Positions 34,715-35,422 of a DNA stretch of 35,422 nucleotides are shown one piece after another. The position numbers and the translations under genes are program-made. The stretch spans positions 1 to 35,422 of the IMG/VR virus record IMGVR_UViG_3300001398_000007, one strand, 5' to 3'. The stretch's first letter is position 1; each line of letters starts with the position of its first letter. Source of the stretch: a virus (Duplodnaviria > Caudoviricetes). The notes beneath the pieces were generated by a model that searched no databases, was not told the DNA's origin, and saw nothing but the letters and a program-made list of their open reading frames with translations.

Positions 34715-35271
34715 TAGACGACCTCCACGCCTTCAAGCGAAGTTTCGATGAACGCGCGCTTGAGAATGACCAGAACTTCGTCCTTAATTTCCGGCGGACA
34801 TTTTACTTTGAACGTGTGCTTGAGCCCGTCGAGATTTTCTTCGGTGTTCGCGACGTGCGATCCGCCTTCGCTGAAGGCGTCGCCGATTACGAGCTCGTCG
34901 AGCTTCAGGTCGGTGAAGTCATTATCCTCGAACTCGAGACGGATCTCTTCGAGAAGGGTTTGAAGCCCGTCGGTGAAGTGACCGGAGATGCGCTGATTAT
35001 TCAGTGTGACGTTGAGCGCCTTCTCCTCGATGAGCGAGAGCGCGACGTGGACGCACGGAACCTCTTTCCATCCGAGTGCGATCGCGGCCGTAAGTCGCTG
35101 GTGTCCGCCGACCATATTTCCGGTGGTCATGTTTACGATCACGGGGTCGACCATGCCGAACCGGGTGAGCGAACTCTTCAAGCCTTCCAGGGATTCGGGC
35201 GAAATTGCACGGGGGTTATAGGCGGCCGGTTTGAGGTCTGTGACCGGAACAAGTTTTATCGCGAGCGCCAT
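34714..35271 (-). CDS. ParB/Srx-like N-terminal domain protein
   Basis: GGAG RBS; LKPAAYNPR, SLTRFG.VDPVIVN, VGGHQRL, EKALNV.LN motifs. Confidence 0.88.
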   Translation of the reverse strand: MALAIKLVPVTDLKPAAYNPRAISPESLEGLKSSLTRFGMVDPVIVNMTTGNMVGGHQRLTAAIALGWKEVPCVHVALSLIEEKALNVTLNNQRISGHFTDGLQTLLEEIRLEFEDNDFTDLKLDELVIGDAFSEGGSHVANTEENLDGLKHTFKVKCPPEIKDEVLVILKRAFIETSLEGVEVV

Positions 35272-35422
35272 GAAACGCTCCGGGGGATTGGGGAATTCAT
35301 ATTCCAAATTTGCAGTTCTTTTACACAAAAGAGAAGGGGAGAACCCACCTGGACGCGTATAATGTTGTAATCACAAGGGTTTTGACGCGACGAATCTAGT
35401 GCCCTAACGCGCGCACGCTCAC

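Noticed and set aside
35272-35422. cos site or late promoter at the window end
   Set aside because: The location is plausible, but I cannot identify a supportable cos or promoter consensus.

Overview
This window is a 35.4 kb piece of a temperate tailed phage (myovirus). No host genes are present, so it looks like a free or circularised genome rather than a prophage edge. Positions 1-8461 (+ strand) hold a tightly coupled run of small early/accessory ORFs: a 5'-truncated SMC/Rad50-like ATPase, lipoproteins, DUF5348-like, RHH-like and DUF4031 proteins, and a non-canonical tRNA-like element at 2804-2873. Positions 8461-9100 are non-coding and contain two related minus-strand structured units ending in terminators, plus a candidate attP/promoter region. 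A tyrosine integrase follows at 9103-10287 (+). Positions 10343-35271 (- strand) form one long late gene run: ParB-like protein, a 7-deazaguanine DNA-modification cluster (dpdA-like, queC, DUF6884, queD, queE, folE), lambda-type terminase, gpW and portal, a protease-capsid fusion, two DUF2190 proteins, a Mu-like contractile tail and baseplate with a P2-type -1 frameshift, a short tail-fibre anchor, and a 681-aa Cys-rich fibre-like protein with a Sec-type signal peptide. The most unusual items are the signal-peptide fibre, the anticodon-deficient tRNA mimic, a same-strand dual-coding region (5977-6594) and the tandem ncRNA-like units. All family assignments come from motif recognition by eye; no database searches were run.
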